Assembly (NCBI GenBank): GCA_041671045.1
Contig: JBAZCF010000008.1
Coordinates: 16,762-80,761 of the forward strand
DNA length: 64,000 nucleotides
Direction of reading: 5' to 3'
Origin: Parachlamydiales bacterium
GTDB taxonomy: Bacteria; Chlamydiota; Chlamydiia; Chlamydiales; JABDDJ01
Below, one piece after another: positions 1 to 10,031 of the stretch (its first letter is position 1; the number at the start of each line of letters is the position of its first letter). The notes below the pieces were generated by a model that did not search any database, had not been told where the DNA came from, and was given only the letters and a program-made list of their open reading frames with translations. A program made the position numbers and the translations under genes.

Positions 1-64
1 TTTATGCATAGCTACACTGGCCTTTTATTGGAGTCATTCGTGTTCTAAGAAAGTCAACAAACAA

Positions 65-604
65 ATGAAAGATTTCTGGTCTACCATCGATTATCAATCT
101 TTATGGCAATATCCTGAAACTGCAGTTCTATTTTTAAGAATGATGAATTGCTGGATGGAATCAAAATGTACGTATACCGCAAAAGACAAATGGTGTCATC
201 GATTTGTTGAGTTTGCTATGACCGGTTTTAGTTATTTTACTAAAGCTTTATTAACAACGCCTGATCTCCAAACCTCGATTCAATTTTTCAAATTTATTTC
301 ATATACACCAAGCAAAAGTATGCATGCAGTTCTAAACTCTTCTTTGCTCTTTTCTAAAGCTTCAGAAATGCTTTTGAGTCATTTGAACGATTCACCTAAA
401 GAAATTATTCAACTATTAGATGAGGTATGGGTTAATCCTTTATGGGAAATAGGGACTGCGGAAGAAAGAAAGGTCTTTGTGGACATGTATGTTGATTTAT
501 GCACTAAGGTTTTGGAGGGGTTAGACAAAGAAAATGATAAAATTCATATAAAAAAGGTAAAAGGCCTAATAAGTGAAATATATTCAATGAAACTTCGTAT
601 GTGA
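65..604 (+). CDS. hypothetical protein (179 aa from first ATG; frame stays open back to base 2, so may be the 3' part of a gene starting upstream of the window)
   Basis: ORF track; I read codons 2..64 in this frame and saw no stop; no motif recognised. Confidence 0.4.
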   Translation: MKDFWSTIDYQSLWQYPETAVLFLRMMNCWMESKCTYTAKDKWCHRFVEFAMTGFSYFTKALLTTPDLQTSIQFFKFISYTPSKSMHAVLNSSLLFSKASEMLLSHLNDSPKEIIQLLDEVWVNPLWEIGTAEERKVFVDMYVDLCTKVLEGLDKENDKIHIKKVKGLISEIYSMKLRM

Positions 605-736
605 TATCGATGAAGCCCCCCAACAGTTTATAGAAGTGGGCTATCGTCCGAGAATTACTAAGTGTATTTTACAATCAGTTCTTATAAACTAATTAAAAAA
701 CAATTTCACTGCCAACTTTAACTTTAATTAAAAATG

Positions 737-803
737 TTTTTTGTTATTTTAATTGTTATTAATATCTTTATAAGTTATAAATAACAATTAAAATAACAAA
801 AAA
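737..803. repeat. 24-bp perfect inverted repeat (arms 737-760 and 780-803, 19-nt spacer) 10 nt upstream of ATG 814
   Basis: TTTTTTGTTATTTTAATTGTTATT ... AATAACAATTAAAATAACAAAAAA are exact reverse complements. Confidence 0.9.
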
Positions 804-813
804 AAGAGATATA

Positions 814-1539
814 ATGACTATAACTGAAAGGATCCTAAGTAGTTTCAATGAAATTACAGATAGAGATGCTCCGGATTTCTTTGAGACAACAGGCAATTTT
901 TGCTTACACCCTCTTCGCATCCTGTGTGGCTACACCTATACATATGAAAGTGGGTTATATTCTTTAAAAGTGATTTCTACTACAGAAAGTTGCTATGCTG
1001 CCGCCCTCCTAGTTTTTGGATATGTGATTACAATTCCTATGACAATAATCGGATTTGCAGCCACTTGGTTTTCAGATTCTCATACTGCATGCTTTGACCA
1101 ATTCAAAAGAACAATGGCGGAATTAGATAATACTACAGTTATTGCAGAATCACCTACATCTAGCGATTCTCCTGCAACGTTACCTCAAGGTCTACAAGAT
1201 TTTAGAGACAAAACACGCCAAGAGGCGGTAGAAACGACTAATCGATATTACAACGAACTGAAAGATAAAACACCTACAGTACAAAGAGACATTATTAATA
1301 ACAAACATGAGCTTATTCTGATCAATATTTTTAGAGATTATGCCCTATCAACTGATGAAAATGAACCTTCAAGAGATAAACTTAAGTACATTTCAGAATG
1401 CTATTTTGAGCATTTTCCTAAAATTACATTTGATAATCATGGTTATATAAATCTTGAAATCAAGATAATTATTAATGAATTTGGCCATTGCAAATCTGTT
1501 AAAGAGGCAATGGAAGATCAAATGTTAGTAGTGTATTGA
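814..1539 (+). CDS. hypothetical protein with one ~28-aa hydrophobic segment
   Basis: ORF track; hydrophobic stretch CYAAALLVFGYVITIPMTIIGFAATWF; no catalytic motif recognised. Confidence 0.5.
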   Translation: MTITERILSSFNEITDRDAPDFFETTGNFCLHPLRILCGYTYTYESGLYSLKVISTTESCYAAALLVFGYVITIPMTIIGFAATWFSDSHTACFDQFKRTMAELDNTTVIAESPTSSDSPATLPQGLQDFRDKTRQEAVETTNRYYNELKDKTPTVQRDIINNKHELILINIFRDYALSTDENEPSRDKLKYISECYFEHFPKITFDNHGYINLEIKIIINEFGHCKSVKEAMEDQMLVVY

Positions 1540-1620
1540 ATGTTAGATTCTAAATATCAAAATTAAAATCTTTGGGCACCCCTAAAGGCGCTTTCTCGCC
1601 AATTCGTTCACCAGCGAAAG

Positions 1621-1783
1621 TACATAACTTTCTATTAATTAATTTTAAGGCTTACTCACCATTACTCATAAGTAACTGCGAAGCAGTATTTTGCCACGAA
1701 GTGGCTACATGATGTTAGCCACTTCGTGGCAAAATACTGCTTCGCAGTCTAAATGTAAGAAGATTGTCATAGAAAGTTATGTA
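1621..1783. repeat. nested inverted repeat: outer 15-bp arms (1621-1635 / 1769-1783) enclosing a perfect 33-bp stem (1675-1707 / 1716-1748, 8-nt loop); lies between convergent genes
   Basis: ACTGCGAAGCAGTATTTTGCCACGAAGTGGCTA ... TAGCCACTTCGTGGCAAAATACTGCTTCGCAGT exact reverse complements; TACATAACTTTCTAT / ATAGAAAGTTATGTA likewise. Confidence 0.9.
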
Positions 1784-1843
1784 GAAGCGCAAGGTCAAGT
1801 CGTCTCACTACTATGCTAAGACAGGTTTATCCCTTCAGACCAC

Positions 1844-2689
1844 TCAAACAAGTAGGGATGCGATTTCTTGTACTACAGCTTTTGGAAGGTCGAAATTAAA
1901 TATCTCAAGATCATCTTTCATGTGTTTATCGGAGCAAGTCCCTGTCAACGGAACAATGCCTATCTCTACTAAAAATCGAAAGAAAATTTGCGCTGCAGTT
2001 TTTTCATATGTTTGAGCTGCATTTTGCAATGTTTTACTCGAAAGAATCTGTGGATTGGCTGTAAGGGTCCAAAAACTTTGATAAATAATTCTGTGTTCTT
2101 GACACCACTTACGGATCTCGTTGTCATAACCTGTGTCTGCATAAAAGCGATTCTGTAAAACAGCCGGCTTAATGTTGGCACCCTCATATAACTGTTTCAA
2201 TATTTCTAAATCATAACAGTTACTTATGCCAATCTGATGGGTTCCTTTCAGGTTGTAGATGTGTTCCATAGCTTGCCATACGATCATCGTTCGATCTATA
2301 TTTTCTAACGGAGAGTGAAGAATCAGGCCATCTACATAGCTGACACCAAGATTTTTCTTAGATACTTCGAAAGATTGTGCTACTTGCTCGCTCAAAGGAG
2401 CACTTCTATCATAAGGTATGTTGAGTGGGTCTTGACCATTTAATGGAGTAAACTTTGTTTGGATATATAAATCCCCACGAGCAATGCCCACCATGCCCAG
2501 CCGTTGAATAGCCTCTCCGACGCCAGCCTCATTGTAATGTTTGGGTTGACAAGCTGTATCAATTCCTCTGAATCCGTATTTAACGGCCTGGGTGACCAAG
2601 TCAGCTGTTTTATCTTTTTTCCATGCCGTTCCATAGAGTAAACACGGCATTTCAACACCGGACAAAGTGGTAATATTTTTCATATGCAA
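1844..2689 (-). CDS. aldo/keto reductase family oxidoreductase
   Basis: 281 aa; GFRGIDTA, LYIQTKF, LILHSP, typical AKR layout. Confidence 0.85.
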   Translation of the reverse strand: MHMKNITTLSGVEMPCLLYGTAWKKDKTADLVTQAVKYGFRGIDTACQPKHYNEAGVGEAIQRLGMVGIARGDLYIQTKFTPLNGQDPLNIPYDRSAPLSEQVAQSFEVSKKNLGVSYVDGLILHSPLENIDRTMIVWQAMEHIYNLKGTHQIGISNCYDLEILKQLYEGANIKPAVLQNRFYADTGYDNEIRKWCQEHRIIYQSFWTLTANPQILSSKTLQNAAQTYEKTAAQIFFRFLVEIGIVPLTGTCSDKHMKDDLEIFNFDLPKAVVQEIASLLV

Positions 2690-2729
2690 TGATTCAAATT
2701 TTTATCGGATTAAAGTCTTTCAGTGAGAA

Positions 2730-3149
2730 TTACTTCTGTTTGTAATACTCTTCTTTTAGGTGTTCCGGTTCGTCAAGATAATTGTAGTCGATCAGAATTT
2801 CATCCCCTTCCTTAATATCTTGAATGGCATAAATAGTACGTTCTTTTATATTTTCAACTGCTTGGGCATTAGACACGCGGCTCATTTTGGCAATATTTGG
2901 CGTGGACGAGTGATTGATATACCAGCCTATTTCCATACGATCAAAACGTTCGGGACATAGGCACTCTTCATCACTGATATATATGCAGTATTTTCGTAAT
3001 GAGGCAGGAACATCTTTAACTTTCATCGTTCTAATCTCAAAATCTGAGCTGAAGAGATGTGTCCCTGCAGGTATATCATGGGTTGAAAAAACGCCTACAC
3101 CGCCAAGTGGTGATGGTTTGAGCATAAATGAAAATTCTGACCATTGCAT
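2730..3149 (-). CDS. minimal SET-domain protein (putative protein lysine methyltransferase)
   Basis: 139 aa; GGVGVFS...G, WYINHSSTPN (NHSxxPN-type motif), GDEILIDYNY (ELxxDY-type motif). Confidence 0.8.
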   Translation of the reverse strand: MQWSEFSFMLKPSPLGGVGVFSTHDIPAGTHLFSSDFEIRTMKVKDVPASLRKYCIYISDEECLCPERFDRMEIGWYINHSSTPNIAKMSRVSNAQAVENIKERTIYAIQDIKEGDEILIDYNYLDEPEHLKEEYYKQK

Positions 3150-3175
3150 CGGAACCCCTCTAAGTAGTTATTTTA

Positions 3176-4087
3176 TTAAAAGAGTAGGCTTCCACAAGTT
3201 AAGGCGCCATCGGCTTTTATTAGCTCAGACATATTTATTTTTACCAAAGTGACAAACTTTTGGTCACACAGATCTTTGAGGATGGATTCGCTTCGGGGGA
3301 ACCCTTCCTGAACTATTAGGGTAGAACCTATCCTCAACACGTTGGAAGCTACAGATTCTGGTACTGAAACAAACCTGTAGTCATCGTTTGTTGAGGATTC
3401 AATTTCTTCTTTGATTTTCATTCCAGCAGGGGTAGCTGCAACAATAAGAGTCTCAGAATCAAATAAGCTTATAACAGATTTAAGATGAAGTCCCTCAATG
3501 ACAGGAATACCTATAACTTCAGTTTTTCCTTTAAAAATTTCTTTGAGCTGTTTGAGGGCATATTCATTTGTTCGATGAGAAAGACCAACAAAAAGGTGTT
3601 TTCCTGTATACAATATGTCTCCACCATCCATTGTGCAGGGAAATTTAAGATGTATTTTCTTTATTCCCAACTTCTTGATAGCCTCTGCAACAGGTACTTC
3701 TTCACCTCTTCTTTCCAAAGCACCCATCCTACTAATGACAGCCAGGTCGTCCACAACTATCGCCGTATCTTCGATAAAATTACAATCGGGATGATGGGGA
3801 TCGCCTTCTAAACGCAGGACTTCAGGAACTAACTTTTCCAGCAATTGTATATAGTTCTCATGTTGCTGCCTTGCTAAATGAATATTGATGGGTATTAGGG
3901 GTGGATTGATCTTTAAGCTGTCTTCAAATGCGTCCGAAAGATCTCTTACCAGAGCAAAACGATAATATGGAGTACCTTCACCGGAGTTTATTTGCCCATA
4001 ACAACAAAAAGAGGGACTAATGCAGAGAAGAATTGCGAACATGGATAAGTTTATCAAAGATTTTCTCATGCGGCCTCTTCGTAGCAA
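3176..4087 (-). CDS. amidinotransferase-superfamily protein, DDAH-like (dimethylarginine dimethylaminohydrolase-like), with N-terminal signal-like segment
   Basis: 303 aa; C-terminal ADGALTCGSLLF resembles the catalytic-Cys motif of DDAH/arginine deiminase fold; hydrophobic N-terminus LINLSMFAILLCISPSFCC. Confidence 0.65.
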   Translation of the reverse strand: MLRRGRMRKSLINLSMFAILLCISPSFCCYGQINSGEGTPYYRFALVRDLSDAFEDSLKINPPLIPINIHLARQQHENYIQLLEKLVPEVLRLEGDPHHPDCNFIEDTAIVVDDLAVISRMGALERRGEEVPVAEAIKKLGIKKIHLKFPCTMDGGDILYTGKHLFVGLSHRTNEYALKQLKEIFKGKTEVIGIPVIEGLHLKSVISLFDSETLIVAATPAGMKIKEEIESSTNDDYRFVSVPESVASNVLRIGSTLIVQEGFPRSESILKDLCDQKFVTLVKINMSELIKADGALTCGSLLF

Positions 4088-4245
4088 AAGTTTTTTTGAG
4101 TTGTCAGATTAGCAGGTAGTTCGAGATATTTCCAGTGAAAGTTCCACAAATCACTTAATTTTTACATGCCTTTAGAGTGTATTGAGAAGAAGCTAAAATG
4201 CTATCTCTTTGGTATAGTTTTTAAACTTGACCGATTCAAAGAAAC

Positions 4246-4833
4246 CTATCGAATAATTTGGATATTTATGATTATAGGTAGTTCTATTTCTTTTCCAAAC
4301 CAGGGTTGATAAATTTTACCCGAGGGAGAACCTAACGATTCGATTATTTGTACGTTTTCAAACCCTTTTACAACTTGTCCAAAAATAGTATGCTTTTTAT
4401 TTAACCAAGGCGTGGCTTTGGTTGTAATAAAAAATTGACTCCCATTAGTATTTTTTCCCATATTAGCCATCGCTAGTCTTCCAGGCATATCAAAAAGAAC
4501 GGTCTTTGAAAATTCATCTTTAAAGTCTGTTCCCCAAATGGACTGTCCCCCCGTTCCATCGCCTTTTGTGTAATCCCCTCCTTGAATCATAAAATCTGGA
4601 ATTACCCGATGAAAAGAAGAATTATTATAAAAGCCCGCTTCTGATAATAGAATAAAGTTTTCAACAGCTTTAGGGGCCACTTCGGGAAATAAAAGAATCT
4701 CCATTGAACCATAATTTGTTTCAATAATTGCGATAGGGTGCTCAATCACGCTCATACTTTTATCTTCAAAGCTTTCTAGATTCAGAAAGAGAGAAAAAGC
4801 AAAAAGATAGAAAAACAGTACTTTTTTAATCAT
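4246..4833 (-). CDS. cyclophilin-type peptidyl-prolyl cis-trans isomerase, secreted/periplasmic
   Basis: FHRVIPDFMIQGGD, GSQFFITT, HTIFGQV; N-terminal signal-like MIKKVLFFYLFAFSLFL. Confidence 0.9.
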   Translation of the reverse strand: MIKKVLFFYLFAFSLFLNLESFEDKSMSVIEHPIAIIETNYGSMEILLFPEVAPKAVENFILLSEAGFYNNSSFHRVIPDFMIQGGDYTKGDGTGGQSIWGTDFKDEFSKTVLFDMPGRLAMANMGKNTNGSQFFITTKATPWLNKKHTIFGQVVKGFENVQIIESLGSPSGKIYQPWFGKEIELPIIINIQIIR

Positions 4834-5023
4834 GTTAACAAAATCTCATATTTAAAATTAAAAAATAATAACAATCCTAATTAATCTTCATTCAGATATT
4901 CATAAGTTTTGTATTCTTCCAAGTATATGACATAAATGTAAATTTTTAATTAAGAGTACAATTAGCTATGTTTCAGTAAACAGTCGTTGATTTTCTGTGC
5001 GTTTGATGGTAGACATAAACTAA

Positions 5024-6037
<1,014 letters not shown>

Positions 6038-6044
6038 AATTGAA

Positions 6045-7859
6045 TTAATCCGTATTATTAGATAAATCAATTTTTTTTATTTTAATCGAATTTAATTCAT
6101 TTTCAATATCTTCGATTTGAAACTTGCTAAATCCATTTTTTTGCACGGTCAAGGCGGTAACATTTGAAACATTTCTAAGAAATTCTAAGAAATATTGCAT
6201 ATGGTTGCTTAGTTGGTTTTCGGATAAGTCTAGGTTTATAGGACTTGATAGTCTTTTCAATCTTTTCTCTAATTTATCTAAAACCTCCAAATCACAGTAA
6301 CATTGTGTTAACCTTAATGTATGAAGTTCTTTGAAGGGTCCTAAATATTTAATAAATTCGATTAAAGCATCTCGATCCTTAATGCCTGAAATTTCTAATA
6401 CTTTGATGTGCGGCATATTCTGAAGCGTTATTCCAATGATAAAAGCCTGCGAATAGGTAAGTTTTTTAAAATCTAATCTCACTTCGTCAAGGTTAGTACA
6501 GTAAACAACATGTTCACAAAATTGAAATACTGCATCTTTTTCTTCATCAAGACCTGTAACAGATATCGATCGAATAGTTTTGTAGTTTTCCATCAACTTT
6601 TTGGTAACTTCTGTGAGATTTTCATACCTTTGTGCCACCTCCAGTTGTGATTTTATTACAAGGTGGGGTTTTGGAAGCGGTTGTTTAAAGACATATCGGT
6701 CTTCTCCAATTTTAGAAGGCATTTTTTGAATTTTATTTGATATCTCTTTAAGTACTTGCTGAGAATAAGGATAGCCTGATAATTCGAATGTAGAAAGCTT
6801 GGTCATTGAACCTAATTGGCTAATAAAATTACTTAGGTGCTCTCCCTCCGTAACCCTACTAATTCTCAAGGAAATTAAATTTGGAAGCTTGCCTATTGCC
6901 GATCCTATTTTATCAGCTTGCGAAGGTGATAAGGCGCTAAAATCCAAATCTAAATACATAAGATTCTTACAATTTGAAAGATTTCTACAGAATTCATCTA
7001 TGGGGCTATCAACCTCACTAAGTGCCTTAATTTTTATCCCCTTAACCTCACTAAAATTTTCTCTCATTTGTTTATTAATTTTTTCTAGTCGAACAAATCC
7101 TTCAATAATCCCCTGCTTCTCTGCAGGCATAATACCATGGCTTTGGGAAACCATTTTTTGAAGTTGCAACACCAACTCCTCGCCTGAGGTTTCAATACCT
7201 TTTTCGACCATAACAAATTCGCTCTCCAAAACAGCATAGGACTTCTTAGTATTATTATAGTGCCCTGTTAAGAGAAATTGTTTTGCATCGATTTCGCTGG
7301 TTAATTTTCCGCTAGCATCATGAGCAAGACAATCTTTAAGCATTTTTTTCATTTCGTTTTCTGCTGAGGGAAGGTCGTCGTGTAAAAGATGTTTTTTTAT
7401 TTCGTTCAAATCATTAAGTAAGACTGATTTTTCAGGTTCGGAAAGTCCTTTTACCGTATTCTCCATTAGGGAGATATCTTGTAGGTAATTACTTTCCGAA
7501 TGATTTTCATTTTTGATCGGTCTTCCGGTGTTAGCTAGATGCTTGGGATAAAATTCTTTAAAATTCTCACAGAAAGCTTTCTCGCATTTGTAAATGGTAT
7601 CGTTAAAGTTTCTCTTTTCAAAAACTTGATAGAAGCTTGGCAAACTGTTTACGTTGCTTGAAGTGAGGACAGAATAGACTCTAACTAGAGCTTCATCCGG
7701 TTTATTACTATGGTTGGTAAATATTTCTTGAGCTACGGAATATAATTCTGGGTGGGAATAGAACTGTTCTTCATTAATAAGTGTATTAAATGGTTTATTA
7801 TTTAAAATTCCGGTCTCTAGGGCATTAATAAGATCTGTACGTGTATATACTGTCGGCAT
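6045..7859 (-). CDS. family member D: N-terminal module shared with 38979/50876/53283 proteins plus leucine-rich repeat C-terminal half with an internal ~115-aa duplication
   Basis: N-terminus DLINALETGILNNKPFNTLINEEQFYSHPELYSVAQEI...VNSLP aligns by eye with the other three; LRR-like LxxLxLxxN segments (INLDLSENQL, KKIDLSNN). Confidence 0.75.
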   Translation of the reverse strand: MPTVYTRTDLINALETGILNNKPFNTLINEEQFYSHPELYSVAQEIFTNHSNKPDEALVRVYSVLTSSNVNSLPSFYQVFEKRNFNDTIYKCEKAFCENFKEFYPKHLANTGRPIKNENHSESNYLQDISLMENTVKGLSEPEKSVLLNDLNEIKKHLLHDDLPSAENEMKKMLKDCLAHDASGKLTSEIDAKQFLLTGHYNNTKKSYAVLESEFVMVEKGIETSGEELVLQLQKMVSQSHGIMPAEKQGIIEGFVRLEKINKQMRENFSEVKGIKIKALSEVDSPIDEFCRNLSNCKNLMYLDLDFSALSPSQADKIGSAIGKLPNLISLRISRVTEGEHLSNFISQLGSMTKLSTFELSGYPYSQQVLKEISNKIQKMPSKIGEDRYVFKQPLPKPHLVIKSQLEVAQRYENLTEVTKKLMENYKTIRSISVTGLDEEKDAVFQFCEHVVYCTNLDEVRLDFKKLTYSQAFIIGITLQNMPHIKVLEISGIKDRDALIEFIKYLGPFKELHTLRLTQCYCDLEVLDKLEKRLKRLSSPINLDLSENQLSNHMQYFLEFLRNVSNVTALTVQKNGFSKFQIEDIENELNSIKIKKIDLSNNTD

Positions 7860-8112
7860 TATTTACCCCACCAAATGGTTTCAATTAATTATAAACCATC
7901 CCATTTAAAATAAAAAACATTTCAAAATCAAGCGAATGCTCCTATTTTTTATTGCTTGAAGCGTGTCTGAGTATAATTTTATTACTTATAAATTGTATTT
8001 ATTTTTTCGGAAGAGAACGATAGTCATTTTAAATACTTCAAAAGCTTTAAAAATCTTATTCAGTAAAATAATCCATTAATTTATTATATTACTTTATTTT
8101 TAGGAGTTAGCA

Positions 8113-9939
8113 ATGTTTTCTTTCAATTCTTTTATTGGAGCACCTCGCTGCACCCCCATCCCCAATTATATTGATATTCCTCTAGACTCTTCAGAGGGTA
8201 TCCCTCTTTATACACGTTTAGATACCCAGATAAAGGCTAAATATTTACAAGGATGCCTTACTTTCGAAGATTGCATCTCTAGAGCCTGGAATACGAGAAC
8301 ACCCTATTTATTAGCACATGTCCGAAGAATCGACAACTCCAGCTATTTTGTGGATGGGAATAAGGTCATGGTAAAAATCGCTACTGATCCTGATTATTTA
8401 AAACGTAAGCAATTTTCAGAACTCAAATGCTTTGCCATAAACCCTCTTGAAAATGAAGCTAAACCTCTCCAAGAAGCTATTCCATCTTCAAATTCTTACC
8501 TTGATGAAGTCTACTTTAGAAAAAAATTGAGAGAAAACTGGCCTGGAGAAGTTAAAAACAATAAATATGGATACTTAAAGGCTGCAATGCATGCGGATGC
8601 TGCTAAGGGGAGCTTTGAGGGTAGAATTAGTATGAGTGAATATTACAGTCTTGAAATTGACATTCCCTCGTCTCATTTCCTCCACATGGCTCAATTATTA
8701 AACTTAGAAGGTTTTACGCTTTGTAGACCAGTGTTTCATTTTTTTTCCCCTCATGAATCGTCCTTTATTGGACGGCAACTTCAAAATATTTTGTCTAATC
8801 CTATTGTAACAGCAAAGTTAATAGGATTTGAAATTCAAATGAATGGAAGCGTCATTTGCTTTATTGAATCAGAAGACGTTGAGAACATTCGGGAATCTGT
8901 CGGTTTGCCGAGAAAAATTGAAAATCAACATCCTTTTTGGGTCAATCTGGCAGTTATGCCACCAAGACAAAGGAAGATGCCGTTTACAGGTCACTGCATT
9001 CCTAGTTTAGCGCTGCAAGGATTGGCACTGCAAGTTCCTAAAGTTATCCCTGTAAGCCTTGAAAGAAATATTAACGATGGCATGCCGCTTTATTCAAAAG
9101 TCAACTCTAGTCTTCAGCTTGAAGAACTCATTAAAACATCTACAATGAACGGCAACCGCGCAGTGCTCGCCTTAGTTAGGGACGTGGGGACTCATCTTTT
9201 AAGGTTTATTTCGGATAAAAAAGTGCTTACCAAACACCTCACAGATCCGTCATACCTTCAAAACAAAAAAATTGAGCTATTGAATTACTATTTCTACGAA
9301 CTTAAAAGCAGAACTTTTATACAATGTGATTCAACAATACCGGAACATTCATTTAGAAAAGAAATTGCTTTAAGAAAAGCACATCTTCAGTTAGCAGAAG
9401 AACAAGAGGCGCTTTATAACGACGGACTTATTCAATATGGTGAAGGAGAACTTCACAAAGCAATTTCTACCTTTAAACTATCTCTAGCTCTCACGCTGGA
9501 GAAAGAAATACTAGCTGTGGCAAGCACCATAAGTTTAGAGGGGCATATTAAACAAAACGCTCAAAAATTTACGTATCTATCAGTAAATAATCACTTTGTA
9601 TACGATATATTACCCATCTTAAGTAAGCTTGGTTTTATAGCTCCTCCCTTCTTTGGAAAGGATAAAATTGAAGCCCACGCATCCATTATTTCTAATAGAG
9701 AAGCCCAATCTAATAAGATTACTAGTATTTCCAGGGAAAAAATTCAATTTACTCTTAAGTCTTTCAAAGTCATCCGTCCAGATTTTTGGAATGTTACCCA
9801 AGCTGCTATCTTAGAGATTGATTGTCCTCGACTTTCAGAAATCCGTGTTAATCAAGGCTTAAAACCGATGTTAAACGATCATAATTTTCACATTACTATT
9901 GGTGTTAAAGGCACAAAAAAGAAACTCTCATATATCTGA
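8113..9939 (+). CDS. hypothetical protein with internal repeat and C-terminal two-HxT/S (2H phosphoesterase-like) region
   Basis: 608 aa; GIPLYTRLDT...TDPDYLKRK vs GMPLYSKVNS...TDPSYLQNK; C-terminal AHASII and FHITIG. Confidence 0.6.
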   Translation: MFSFNSFIGAPRCTPIPNYIDIPLDSSEGIPLYTRLDTQIKAKYLQGCLTFEDCISRAWNTRTPYLLAHVRRIDNSSYFVDGNKVMVKIATDPDYLKRKQFSELKCFAINPLENEAKPLQEAIPSSNSYLDEVYFRKKLRENWPGEVKNNKYGYLKAAMHADAAKGSFEGRISMSEYYSLEIDIPSSHFLHMAQLLNLEGFTLCRPVFHFFSPHESSFIGRQLQNILSNPIVTAKLIGFEIQMNGSVICFIESEDVENIRESVGLPRKIENQHPFWVNLAVMPPRQRKMPFTGHCIPSLALQGLALQVPKVIPVSLERNINDGMPLYSKVNSSLQLEELIKTSTMNGNRAVLALVRDVGTHLLRFISDKKVLTKHLTDPSYLQNKKIELLNYYFYELKSRTFIQCDSTIPEHSFRKEIALRKAHLQLAEEQEALYNDGLIQYGEGELHKAISTFKLSLALTLEKEILAVASTISLEGHIKQNAQKFTYLSVNNHFVYDILPILSKLGFIAPPFFGKDKIEAHASIISNREAQSNKITSISREKIQFTLKSFKVIRPDFWNVTQAAILEIDCPRLSEIRVNQGLKPMLNDHNFHITIGVKGTKKKLSYI

Positions 9940-10031
9940 GCGCTTTAATTTTAAGAAGCAGCGTAAAATAGCCAAGCTAATGACAATATGTTAGGGATAA
10001 TGAGAAAATTAGAATGCATCTTTCCATAAAG

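Noticed and set aside
814-1539. Possible inclusion-membrane (Inc-type) protein
   Set aside because: The hydrophobic segment is only ~28 residues. A clear bilobed 40-60 residue domain would be expected, so the evidence is insufficient.
1621-1783. Calling the nested inverted repeat a MITE or mobile element
   Set aside because: No target-site duplication is visible at the ends, and there is no second copy or transposase in this window. It is reported only as a repeat or structure.
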